From NCBI GenBank assembly GCA_910587555.1, contig CAJULV010000002.1, positions 62,008 to 126,007 of the forward strand: DNA of 64,000 bases, written 5' to 3'. Of this stretch, positions 30,327 to 39,220 are shown one piece after another; within the stretch, counting starts at the first letter, position 1; each line of letters starts with the position of its first letter. The stretch is from an uncultured Acetatifactor sp. Its GTDB lineage: Bacteria > Bacillota > Clostridia > Lachnospirales > Lachnospiraceae. The translations under genes were made by a program, and so were the position numbers. The notes below the pieces were generated by a model. It was given only the letters and a program-made list of their open reading frames with translations, had not been told where the DNA came from and did no database searches.

Positions 30327-31163
30327 CTACAAGTTCTCCGCAATCCGCTGTGCTAGCATTTCTCTCGCCGCTTCGTTGGGATGAATGCCGTCAACGGTAT
30401 ATGCTTCCCAATCTTCCCAGTTTTCACGCGAATAAACATCATAATACAGATCCACAATCTCCAAATCCAGTTCCTGTGCCAGCCGGATTTCCGCCTCCAC
30501 ATAATCCGAAAGCGTCCCTCCGCCGTAGTCTATCTCGTCACAGGTCTGTTCAGGAGCCACATACCAGGCAAACGTGGGCGTCAGTAGAAGAATGCGCAGC
30601 TCCGGATTCACCTTTTTCAGAGCCTTGATCGAAGTGCGAATCGCTCCCAGATAGGTATGCACATCATAGGGGTCCTCCGGATTTTCAATCAGCGTACCTG
30701 AATGGTAATCGTTCAGTCCCTGCTGTATTATGATAGTCTCTGCCCGGGAAAAATCCGTCTTCGCCAGGCCGTCGATAGTTTCCGCAAAATATTCGGTATT
30801 GTCTTCCTGTATCCTGACCGACTGCTGCACGCTGAAATCTTCCGCCCATACGGCTCTCGTCAGTCCCACAAGAGACAGGGAACCCATCGTCAAATCCATT
30901 CCTCTGTCATTCCTGCTTCTTGCAGCACAGGTTCCCCCCAGCGCGGCATTAAATACCGTTTTCCCTGTCAGAGCCTGCAGCCGGGCAGGCACTGCCGTCT
31001 CGTCCCGAACCAGCCCCATCACACTGTCGCCGAAGACTACTATCTGTACCGCGTTCTCTTTCGCCTGGCTTCGGCGGCTTCGAAAAGTTGCCAGGAAGAG
31101 CGCCCCAAACAGAAAAACGGCTAAAATGCCATATATCATTGTCCGTCTCACTGCCTTTTTCAT
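30327..31163 (-). CDS. Membrane-anchored SGNH/GDSL hydrolase
   Basis: FGDS, GLND, DGIHPN. Confidence 0.9.
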   Translation of the reverse strand: MKKAVRRTMIYGILAVFLFGALFLATFRSRRSQAKENAVQIVVFGDSVMGLVRDETAVPARLQALTGKTVFNAALGGTCAARSRNDRGMDLTMGSLSLVGLTRAVWAEDFSVQQSVRIQEDNTEYFAETIDGLAKTDFSRAETIIIQQGLNDYHSGTLIENPEDPYDVHTYLGAIRTSIKALKKVNPELRILLLTPTFAWYVAPEQTCDEIDYGGGTLSDYVEAEIRLAQELDLEIVDLYYDVYSRENWEDWEAYTVDGIHPNEAAREMLAQRIAENL

Positions 31164-31440
31164 CTCATGCCCCTTTCCTGCATTTCACAACTCTCCTGAC
31201 TGCATTTCGTGCCCTTTTCCTGCACTTCGCGGCTTCTGACTGCATTTTGTGCCCTTTTCCTGCACTTCGCGGCTTCTGACTGCATTTCGTGCCCTTTTCC
31301 TGCACTTCGCGGTTTCTGACTGCATTTCGTGCCCTTTTCCTGCACTTCGCGGTTTCTGACTGCGTTTTGTGCCCTTTTCCTGCACTTCGCGGCTTCTGAC
31401 TGCATTTCGTGCCCTTTTCCTGCACTCCGCGGCTTCTGCC
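31163..31440. repeat. Intergenic 40-bp tandem repeat (6 near-perfect copies plus 1 degenerate)
   Basis: TGCATTTCGTGCCCTTTTCCTGCACTTCGCGGCTTCTGAC units at 31201, 31241, 31281, 31321, 31361, 31401; no spacers. Confidence 0.97.
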
Positions 31441-31446
31441 TGCGTA

Positions 31447-32637
31447 TTATGCATCAGGCTTCAGCAGTTCCCGCGCCAGCCGTACCGCGCCTTCCCCGTC
31501 AACCATCCCCTTTTCCCTGCGGCGGTAATATGCCCGTCTTCCAGGGTCCTCCGCCAGTTTCTCAAAGAGGATTCCGATTCTGTCAAGCGTTGGTTCCGGT
31601 TCCTTATGCCAGTTCCCTGCGGAATCCGCAATCTCTTTCTCCCCGATATACGCCACCAGCGCTTCCTGGTTTTCCGCGTAGGAAAAACAGATAAACGGCA
31701 CTCCCAGCGCCGCCAGTTCATAAATGGTAGTGCCGCCGGCCGTCAGTGCAATCTGGCAGCGGGCCATCAGGCCTGCCATGTCCTTTACATCATGATGCAA
31801 TTGTATATTCCCATGCTTTTTTTCCGTTTCCTGCAGTTCCCGGAAATTCGGATGAAACCGTCCCGTCACCACATGAAGCAAAAAATTGTCATTGTATATA
31901 CGGTCCAATATCTTTCCGGCTATGTTGCCGCTGTCCCCGCCGCCTGTGGTAATCAGTACCTCCCGGACGGATTCCTGGCCTGCCCCCTCCGGCTGGCTCC
32001 CCTTCGTCCAGGAAGGCTCCATTGACGGCTGGACTGCCCTCTCCGGCTTGTTCCCCTCCATCCCGGAGGGCTGGACTGACGGCGTTGCCCCGGCTCCCGA
32101 ATTATGCCCCATGCTTTCAGGGCCTTCCTCCCGGTTCCCCTCCGCAGCCATCCTGAACTGACGTCGAAGGGGCGTATAGCTGCTGCCAATCAGAAGCCTG
32201 CTCCCGGTTTTCCCATATAATTTCCGATATGCCTCCAAATCAGCCGGCGCATTGTAATTAATAACACAATCCACCGGATAGCAGTGGGTTCCGTAGTCAT
32301 CCATCAAAACGGTATAGCCCGTCCTGCCCAAAGCTTCCAGGTATAAATCCGTCACATAATAGCTGTCCACCAGCACCTTGGCTCGTTTATGCGGAGAAAG
32401 GGCCCATACCTCTTTCCACTGCGGAAGCTCCGATTCCATGTCCCGGTAATCCGTCCCCAGTACATAACTCCGGAACCCGTTTTCCCGCACAAACTCACCG
32501 GACGCCTCGTCTGCGCACACAAAACAGATCCCCTCCCTGCTCCCCTGCAGCATTGCCAGTTCCTCCGCGACTGTCATGCAGCGCATCAGGTGTCCCATGC
32601 CAATGCGGGCATTTCCGTCCGCACGTATCAAAATCAT
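31447..32637 (-). CDS. pseG: UDP-2,4-diacylamido-2,4,6-trideoxy-beta-L-altropyranose hydrolase
   Basis: IRADGNARIGMGHLMRC, VDSY, GGGD, AGGTTIYE, AENQ. Confidence 0.9.
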   Translation of the reverse strand: MILIRADGNARIGMGHLMRCMTVAEELAMLQGSREGICFVCADEASGEFVRENGFRSYVLGTDYRDMESELPQWKEVWALSPHKRAKVLVDSYYVTDLYLEALGRTGYTVLMDDYGTHCYPVDCVINYNAPADLEAYRKLYGKTGSRLLIGSSYTPLRRQFRMAAEGNREEGPESMGHNSGAGATPSVQPSGMEGNKPERAVQPSMEPSWTKGSQPEGAGQESVREVLITTGGGDSGNIAGKILDRIYNDNFLLHVVTGRFHPNFRELQETEKKHGNIQLHHDVKDMAGLMARCQIALTAGGTTIYELAALGVPFICFSYAENQEALVAYIGEKEIADSAGNWHKEPEPTLDRIGILFEKLAEDPGRRAYYRRREKGMVDGEGAVRLARELLKPDA

Positions 32638-32727
32638 CCTCTGCCCTCTGTCCCTTTCACTCCGGCCGCGCCCTTTCTGTCCCTCGCTTACCGTCCTCCG
32701 GCGAGCCGGAAACGGAATTCTGCCTCC

Positions 32728-33792
32728 CTAAGCCCGGCCGAAATCCACCAGCCCCCAGCTCATGGGTGTCCCCGCCTTCACGTCGGCAGCGGCCTTCTTT
32801 CCCAGTAATTCCTCATAGTAGACGGTGTGAAGGCCGTTTGCAGGCCTGACGCTCCGCAGGTTCTCCGGCGTAAATACCTCCCCCGCTTTCATGTCCCGGG
32901 CGATAAACAGGGAACGGGAATGCTCCCTCTCTTTCGCCTGTCCGGGCGTCAGCTCATAGGTCACCTTTCCCAGGGACTGCTCTATAATGCGGATATTGTC
33001 AACCATGGCCTTAAATTCCTCCGGTTCCATGGAAAACGCTGAATCCGGGCCTCCGTCCGCACGCCTTAACGTCAGATGCTTTTCCACCATTTTAGCCCCC
33101 AGCGCCACCGCCGCGCCTGCCACCGCGCCTCCCATAGTATGGTCAGACAAGCCTGTAATACAGTCGAATGTTTCCCCCATGGAAGGCATGGTGCGCAGGT
33201 TCACATCCCCATAGGGTGTGGGATATGCCGAGGTACATTTTAAGAGAATCACATCCTCATTGCCCGCCTCTTTACAGGTGCGCACCGCCAGTTCAATATC
33301 GGAAAGCCCGGCTACGCCGGTAGCCATGATAATCGGTTTCCCAAGCCCGGCAATCTTGCGGATCAGGGGAATGTCCGTGATCTCAAACGACGCCACCTTG
33401 TACGCCGGCACCTGCAGTCCCTCCAGAAAGTCAACACTGCTGAAATCAAAGGGGGAAGAAAAAAATTCCAGCCCCATGTCCTCCGCCGTCTCCTTCAGCT
33501 TCGCCTGCCACTCCCAGGGCGTGTAAGCCGTCTGATACAGCTTATGCAGCGTGATTCCGTCCCACAAGGTTCCCTGGGTAATCTGAAAACAGGGCGCATC
33601 GCTGTCCAGCGTTATGGTATCCGCGGTATAAGTCTGAATCTTAACGGCATCCGCCCCTGCTTCCTTCGCCGCCCGCATAATTTCTACTGCACGATTGTAG
33701 TCCATATTGTGGTTTGCCGACATCTCCGCCACAATAAACGCGGGCGTGTCCTTGCTGATAATATGGCTTCCTATTTTGATTTCTTTATTCAT
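32728..33792 (-). CDS. pseI: Pseudaminic acid synthase
   Basis: AEMSANHN, KIQTYTADTIT, TPWEW, SDHT, EKHLTL, DSAFSMEP, SAF domain. Confidence 0.95.
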   Translation of the reverse strand: MNKEIKIGSHIISKDTPAFIVAEMSANHNMDYNRAVEIMRAAKEAGADAVKIQTYTADTITLDSDAPCFQITQGTLWDGITLHKLYQTAYTPWEWQAKLKETAEDMGLEFFSSPFDFSSVDFLEGLQVPAYKVASFEITDIPLIRKIAGLGKPIIMATGVAGLSDIELAVRTCKEAGNEDVILLKCTSAYPTPYGDVNLRTMPSMGETFDCITGLSDHTMGGAVAGAAVALGAKMVEKHLTLRRADGGPDSAFSMEPEEFKAMVDNIRIIEQSLGKVTYELTPGQAKEREHSRSLFIARDMKAGEVFTPENLRSVRPANGLHTVYYEELLGKKAAADVKAGTPMSWGLVDFGRA

Positions 33793-34008
33793 ACCGGCTC
33801 CCTTTCACATGAAATATCTGCCGGAAGCAATGCTGCATCCCGGCATTATCCGTTCCCCGTCTCAAAATCGGTCCTGCTCCTTCCCACACCTGGCAGGCAA
33901 TATGCCTTCCGGCTGATGCAGATTGGCAAAGCCTCTGCTCCTTCCCGCACCTGGCAGGCAAGCTTCTCCCTGCACAACGCAGCTGCGGATCTGTTTCTTC
34001 AGCCAGGA

Positions 34009-34575
34009 TCAGGTAAAAATGCCGGAGACGTCCAGAAACGCAATTTTTTCGTACTTTTTACCGTCTCTGACTGCCAGCCACCGCTCTGCCGTCATCCTCA
34101 TATAGGTCACATCATACCAGATTCCCTCTTTGCACACATGTGCCTTCTTCTCTTCCACCGTCTCGCAGCCGCAGAGCCTGTGCAGCTGAATCACCCCTTT
34201 GTTCAGGCTGAAAACATCGCTGTATACGGCCTTCTTCCCCAGCGAAACCAGGGCGTGGTCATACAATCCCATCTCCAGAGAAAGCGCGGTTCCCATACTG
34301 CGCAGCCGCTTTTCCCCCACATAGTAGGCCCAGCCCACTCTGCCCTCCGGATTTTCCAGCCCTGTCAGGTTGATTACGCCCGCAGGCTGTTCCTCCACCT
34401 GAATCAGCCAGTACATCACATCCGGATTTCTCCTTATGGAATCCAGCCATTTTTTCTGCCCTTCCAGGGTTAATTCGGGATTGGTATTCATATACCTGGT
34501 AATATCCGGCGCCATACGCCAGCGCATGATATTTTCCAGGTCTTCCTCCCGTATTTCCCGCAATGTTACACCCAT
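34009..34575 (-). CDS. pseH: PseH-like GNAT N-acyltransferase
   Basis: MRWRM..ITRYM, GWAYY, NKGVIQLHRLCG; located in pse cluster. Confidence 0.85.
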   Translation of the reverse strand: MGVTLREIREEDLENIMRWRMAPDITRYMNTNPELTLEGQKKWLDSIRRNPDVMYWLIQVEEQPAGVINLTGLENPEGRVGWAYYVGEKRLRSMGTALSLEMGLYDHALVSLGKKAVYSDVFSLNKGVIQLHRLCGCETVEEKKAHVCKEGIWYDVTYMRMTAERWLAVRDGKKYEKIAFLDVSGIFT

Positions 34576-34601
34576 GTGTCCTCCTCTGCCCCCGAAACCC
34601 G

Positions 34602-34844
34602 TTACTCTCCTGCCCGGCCGCTCAGAAGCGCCTCACATACTTCCAGCAATTCCGGCATCCCTGTCAGTTCTGCTGCATCTTCCAGCGGAATCGCTATCCC
34701 CAGCTTCTCCTCCAGTTCTCCGATAATCATCACATGGGCAAGGGAGTCCCACTGTTCCACATCTTCTATCATGGTGTCTTCCGTGATGGTTCCCGCCGGA
34801 AGTTCCAGGGCATTTTCTATCAGTGCAATCACTTTTTCCTTCAT
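34602..34844 (-). CDS. Acyl carrier protein
   Basis: 80 aa acidic protein with WDSL phosphopantetheine site; overlaps FkbH stop. Confidence 0.9.
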   Translation of the reverse strand: MKEKVIALIENALELPAGTITEDTMIEDVEQWDSLAHVMIIGELEEKLGIAIPLEDAAELTGMPELLEVCEALLSGRAGE

Positions 34845-36553
34845 TCCGCATTTTCCTCTTCTATTTTTACATAATACATTCTGTGGGGGGTACGGTCAAG
34901 CCGGAGTTCATATACACATGCTTCCGCAGGTACCTCCTCCTTCCCCCACACATCCCCACGCAGTTCTTCCGGGTCCAGCTTCCGGTACCCCAGCCGCTCG
35001 TACAAATCGGCCGCCGGCATATTCCTGGCTGTCGGTATATAAATCCCTCGCAGCCGCTCATAGCCTCTCTCCCGCAGATCTCTCTCCACATCCTCCGCCA
35101 GGGCGTATTCAATGTTTTTCCCCATTATGCGGCAGCTCATAACGAAATCCGTCAGGACAGGAATCCCGCTGCTGCAGTCTGCCATTATCGCAGCCACCAC
35201 TCCGTTGTCCCCAAACCTGTCAGACACGCTGTACAGGTATGTTCTGATGTCAGACGCCTCCTGCAGCCGCGCTATCTGCCCCTGTGTATACCGCCTTGTA
35301 GTCAAATTAAACTGATTCGTCTTATTCAGCAGCTGCGCCAGCCGTTCCCCATGCTTTCGGGGATTTACCCGGACTGCCCTGATTTCCAGCTGTTCCAGGT
35401 AGCTTTCAAAGCTTCCCACGGCCTCCTCCAATTCCTTCCGCGCCGCATTTGCGGCATATTGCGCGGTCCTGGCCCTGTCCTCCTCCGTCACCGCGGATTT
35501 GGCAAAATATTTCCTGTAAATCTCCACCATGGCGAAGGCAAGTTCTTCCTTCCGCTCCGGAAAATCAGGCACCGCCACCTGGGGCAGCATCTCTCTCACC
35601 AGCTGTCTCTCCTGGGGCGAATCATCCCAGAACACAAAAGAATCCGGTCCCAGATTCAGTTCTGCCGCTATCTCTCTGATATTCTCATGCTTTGGCGCCC
35701 AGTTGATACGCATGGCGGCAAATGCGCCGGGACGAAGCACCATATGCGGATGCCGCTCCAGGATTTCCATGGCGTCCGCCTCGTTATTCTTTGACACAAT
35801 TCCCAGCAGCACGCCCTGCTTCTGCATCTGCAGGATCACCCTCTGGAGGTTTTTATAGGCCAGCCCTCCGTGTTCCTCCGAAAGCTCCACCGGCGTATGC
35901 TCCCGCTCCCCGGCAAGCCCGCCCCAAAGTGTGTTGTCCAAATCCAGAAGAAGCATCTTCTTCGGCACCCGGGCCTCTGCTTCCGCCATGTCCAGAATCA
36001 ACTCACACAGCATCTTCTGCGCCTCGTTTCCCAATGGTATTTTTCCCATATACCACATTTTCACGGAAAAGGCTTTCTCCTCTCCCAGAGATTCCACAAT
36101 CCGGCGGCAGGGAAGTATCCTCACATTCTTCCGCTCTCCGCAAAGTTCCGCCAGCCGCTGCTGCCACAGATGCTCCAGCGCCTCCTTCCGCCCTGCGTCC
36201 GCCAACACGGAAAGTTCGGTCCCCCATAAATATGCATCCGAAATATAGTATATCCTTTCCTTCCGCAGGGATGCCTTCAGGCTTTTAAACCAGCTGTCTA
36301 TCCTGGCCCCGGCCGCATCCGGTTCCAGCTCATGCTCCAGAAGCTCCATCAAGTCAATCACCAGGAAAGTGATGTCCGGCCCAAACGCGTGATAAGACGC
36401 GTTCGGGTTCATCAAAATCCCCAGTTCATTGCCGTATCCTTCCCCCTGCCAGGTTTCCGCCCGCTTTTTCAGGAGACGAACAACAAAATCCATGTTTACA
36501 TTTGAAAGCAGTGCCAGCTTCATCCCCGCCCCATTCCGTGCCGTTCCGTCCAT
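34841..36553 (-). CDS. FkbH-like HAD-IIIC glyceryl transferase/phosphatase
   Basis: DLDNTLWGG, SKNN, DDSPQE, KTNQFNLTT, DRFGDNG, MSCRIMG; start uncertain (36523-36613). Confidence 0.92.
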   Translation of the reverse strand: MDGTARNGAGMKLALLSNVNMDFVVRLLKKRAETWQGEGYGNELGILMNPNASYHAFGPDITFLVIDLMELLEHELEPDAAGARIDSWFKSLKASLRKERIYYISDAYLWGTELSVLADAGRKEALEHLWQQRLAELCGERKNVRILPCRRIVESLGEEKAFSVKMWYMGKIPLGNEAQKMLCELILDMAEAEARVPKKMLLLDLDNTLWGGLAGEREHTPVELSEEHGGLAYKNLQRVILQMQKQGVLLGIVSKNNEADAMEILERHPHMVLRPGAFAAMRINWAPKHENIREIAAELNLGPDSFVFWDDSPQERQLVREMLPQVAVPDFPERKEELAFAMVEIYRKYFAKSAVTEEDRARTAQYAANAARKELEEAVGSFESYLEQLEIRAVRVNPRKHGERLAQLLNKTNQFNLTTRRYTQGQIARLQEASDIRTYLYSVSDRFGDNGVVAAIMADCSSGIPVLTDFVMSCRIMGKNIEYALAEDVERDLRERGYERLRGIYIPTARNMPAADLYERLGYRKLDPEELRGDVWGKEEVPAEACVYELRLDRTPHRMYYVKIEEENAE

Positions 36554-36665
36554 AGCCCATCCTCTGTCTTTATTATGGGAAGCCTCGGCAGCTTCCGTAT
36601 ATGGCATGAACACACCTTACCGCCGTGCCCCATGCCGCCCTGCCTGCTGCATAATGCCCGAAGAA

Positions 36666-37355
36666 TCAGCGCTCCGCCAGCCGCCGGTATTTTATCTCCG
36701 CTATCTCCCAGTCCGTCAGCGTATCAATATCCTGCACCTCCGTCTCCGGTACCACCAGGGGCAGGATGTTGCCCAGCATCAGTTTCCTGTTCTTCCGGAA
36801 GGCTTCCGTCCTGAAAATGTAAAATTGCCCTACATCGTGGTAGTGAGGTTCCAAATCCTGCGAACGGCTGTCCATATATTCAGGCTGTCCGAACACCAGC
36901 CTTTCGTTCCGCACCAGCATAGCGCGCTGCGGCGGATAGGAAAAACGAACCACGGGAATCAGGGTGTCCGCATCGCTGTCCAGCAGCCGTTTCACCGCGG
37001 CTGCCAGTTTCCCTGCCGTCACAAAAGGCGCCGTGGGATAAATACAGCATCCCAGTTCAAAATGTTCTCCCCTTTTTTCATACTCCTCCAGCACCTCCAG
37101 CAGCACATCATTGGTGGTGGCGTAGTCACCGGCTGTCTCCCCGCTGCGGAGGAAAGGGACTTCTCCCCCGTATCTTCTCGCCGTTTCCGCTATTTCCCCG
37201 TCGTCTGTGGACACCATTACATGATCAAACATGCCGGATTTTAACGCTGCCTCTATGGAGTAGGCCAGAATGGGTTTGCCGCAGAATTCCCTGATATTTT
37301 TTCCGGGGATGCGCTTGCTGCCCCCTCTTGCAGTAATGATTGCCACACTTTTCAT
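36666..37355 (-). CDS. pseF: Pseudaminic acid cytidylyltransferase
   Basis: ARGGSKRIPGKN, STDD, YPTAP, RSQDL, DIDT; start set at ATG 37355. Confidence 0.93.
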   Translation of the reverse strand: MKSVAIITARGGSKRIPGKNIREFCGKPILAYSIEAALKSGMFDHVMVSTDDGEIAETARRYGGEVPFLRSGETAGDYATTNDVLLEVLEEYEKRGEHFELGCCIYPTAPFVTAGKLAAAVKRLLDSDADTLIPVVRFSYPPQRAMLVRNERLVFGQPEYMDSRSQDLEPHYHDVGQFYIFRTEAFRKNRKLMLGNILPLVVPETEVQDIDTLTDWEIAEIKYRRLAER

Positions 37356-37432
37356 AAACATAATCTCCTTATTATAATCGCTGCGCGATGGCTCTAAAGG
37401 GCAATGGCTCTCCTGCGTTTTCGAGCCTTGCC

Positions 37433-39172
37433 TTATAATCGCTGCGCGATGGCCTGCCCGTTTTCCACCCGGTAGACCAGGTCGCACTTTTCAATGGTCT
37501 GAAGCCTGTGGGCAATGATGACCAGTGTCTTTCTCCCGTGAAGCCTGTTGATGGAATCCATGATAGCCGCCTCCGTATCATTGTCCAGGGCGGATGTGGC
37601 CTCGTCCAGAATCAGCACTTCCGGGTCGTAATAGAGCGCCCTCGCAATGCCGATGCGCTGCCGCTGGCCTCCGGAAAGCCGGATTCCCCGCTCACCGATA
37701 CCCGTATCCAGCCCCTCGGGCAGCTCTCTCACAAACTCGTCCAGCTGCGCCTCCCGCAGAACCTCCCAGACCCTCTCCTCGTCAATATTTTCATCATGAA
37801 CGCCGAAGGCAACGTTTCTGCGGATGGTGTCGTCCAGCATGAAAATCATCTGAGGGATATAGCCGATGTTTTTCAGCCAGTTCCGGTACCTGTTCTTCAC
37901 CTCCGCACCGTCTGCGCAGATACTCCCTTCCTGCACCTCCAGCAGCCCCAGCAGAATGTCCACAATGGTACTCTTGCCCGCTCCGGAGGTTCCCACAATC
38001 CCCACTGACGTTCCGATGGGAATCGTAAGGCTTGCGTGGTCAAATATCAGCTTGTCCGTATTCGGATACGCATATACAATATCCTTCAGTTCTATAGCGC
38101 GGCGCAGAGGCAGCTTCTCCTCGTCAGTGGCAAAAGAAATGTCCACCTTGTTGTCCGATATTTCATCCTGCAGATTGTCGCTGACCCCCATGAAAAACGG
38201 CTCGAAATAAGCAATGGAATTGATTTGATTGTTAATGCGGTTTACCGCCGGCAGCAATACAAAGGCAGCGGCTGCCAGCGTGGAGAGTACCTCCAGCATG
38301 TTTTCCGTGGCAGTCCCCAGAAGTGTCAGCACAATCATATATCCCATCATAACGGCAATGCAGACCGTCTCAATCAGCAGCTTCGGTATATTATTGTAGA
38401 GGCTGTAGCGCTGCACGGCACTCACATAGCCGCTGCCGCACTTTCGGTATTCATCTACAAAATACTGCTCTTTGCCTGTAACCTTGACCTCCTTGATCCC
38501 CTGCACCGTCTGCGATATCCACTTAAACAGACCGCTGTAGTAATCCTGATTGTCCTTGCCCGCCTTATACATAATGGGCTTCAGAATATTCTTAATCAGC
38601 GCCATCAGCAGCACAAGGGAAGCCGCAAGCAGCATCGTCAGTACCCCGTTTGTCATCAGGCAGTATCCCACCACGAACAGGGACATCACGCCGTCGGACA
38701 TCAGCTGCAGCAGCGCCAGTATCAGCGCATACATGTTGTTGACATCGGAAGTGATGCTCCTTTGTACTACAGCTGTGTCTGCGTTTAAATAAAATTCATA
38801 TCCTCTGCGCAGATAGCTGCGCATCATTCTCTCGGAGGTGGCAAACTGATTTGTATACACAAATGCCAGGGTCAGCTTCTGCTGTACAAAAAGAAACAGA
38901 TTCTTCACCGCGAAAGTCACAACCAGGAACACCATCACCATCACGGAAAAGCTCTTGAAATCCCTGTATCCCAGGAAATCGTAAAAATCCTTCACAATAC
39001 CGCCCTTTTCCAGGACCTGGGGGTCCATGACCACGTTCACCGCCTGCACCAGCATTCCCACCCCGGCCGTCTGCAGAAACGCGCCGATGATCATCAGCAC
39101 CATCAGGCCTGCCATGGTGCGCTTTTGTTTTTTATCCAATAATACGCGAAGTTTCTTTACTATCTGCAGCAC
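37433..39172 (-). CDS. ABC exporter, fused TMD-NBD (PglK-like lipid-linked glycan flippase)
   Basis: GTSGAGKST, LSGGQRQR, DEATSALD; glycan-locus context. Confidence 0.85.
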   Translation of the reverse strand: MLQIVKKLRVLLDKKQKRTMAGLMVLMIIGAFLQTAGVGMLVQAVNVVMDPQVLEKGGIVKDFYDFLGYRDFKSFSVMVMVFLVVTFAVKNLFLFVQQKLTLAFVYTNQFATSERMMRSYLRRGYEFYLNADTAVVQRSITSDVNNMYALILALLQLMSDGVMSLFVVGYCLMTNGVLTMLLAASLVLLMALIKNILKPIMYKAGKDNQDYYSGLFKWISQTVQGIKEVKVTGKEQYFVDEYRKCGSGYVSAVQRYSLYNNIPKLLIETVCIAVMMGYMIVLTLLGTATENMLEVLSTLAAAAFVLLPAVNRINNQINSIAYFEPFFMGVSDNLQDEISDNKVDISFATDEEKLPLRRAIELKDIVYAYPNTDKLIFDHASLTIPIGTSVGIVGTSGAGKSTIVDILLGLLEVQEGSICADGAEVKNRYRNWLKNIGYIPQMIFMLDDTIRRNVAFGVHDENIDEERVWEVLREAQLDEFVRELPEGLDTGIGERGIRLSGGQRQRIGIARALYYDPEVLILDEATSALDNDTEAAIMDSINRLHGRKTLVIIAHRLQTIEKCDLVYRVENGQAIAQRL

Positions 39173-39220
39173 TTTCCGCCTCCTGTTAAAACCGCCGTAC
39201 AGCGGTGCTTATTCCGCCTC

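Noticed and set aside
31201..31440. Possible CRISPR array
   Set aside because: Units are head-to-tail with no unique spacers and there are no cas genes; it is a tandem repeat.
31160..31454. Three overlapping 81-89 aa repeat ORFs as real proteins
   Set aside because: They arise from a stop-free repeat unit; no evidence of a protein function.
33874..33961. Mini-CRISPR (27-bp repeat, 34-bp spacer)
   Set aside because: Only two copies, no leader, no cas genes.
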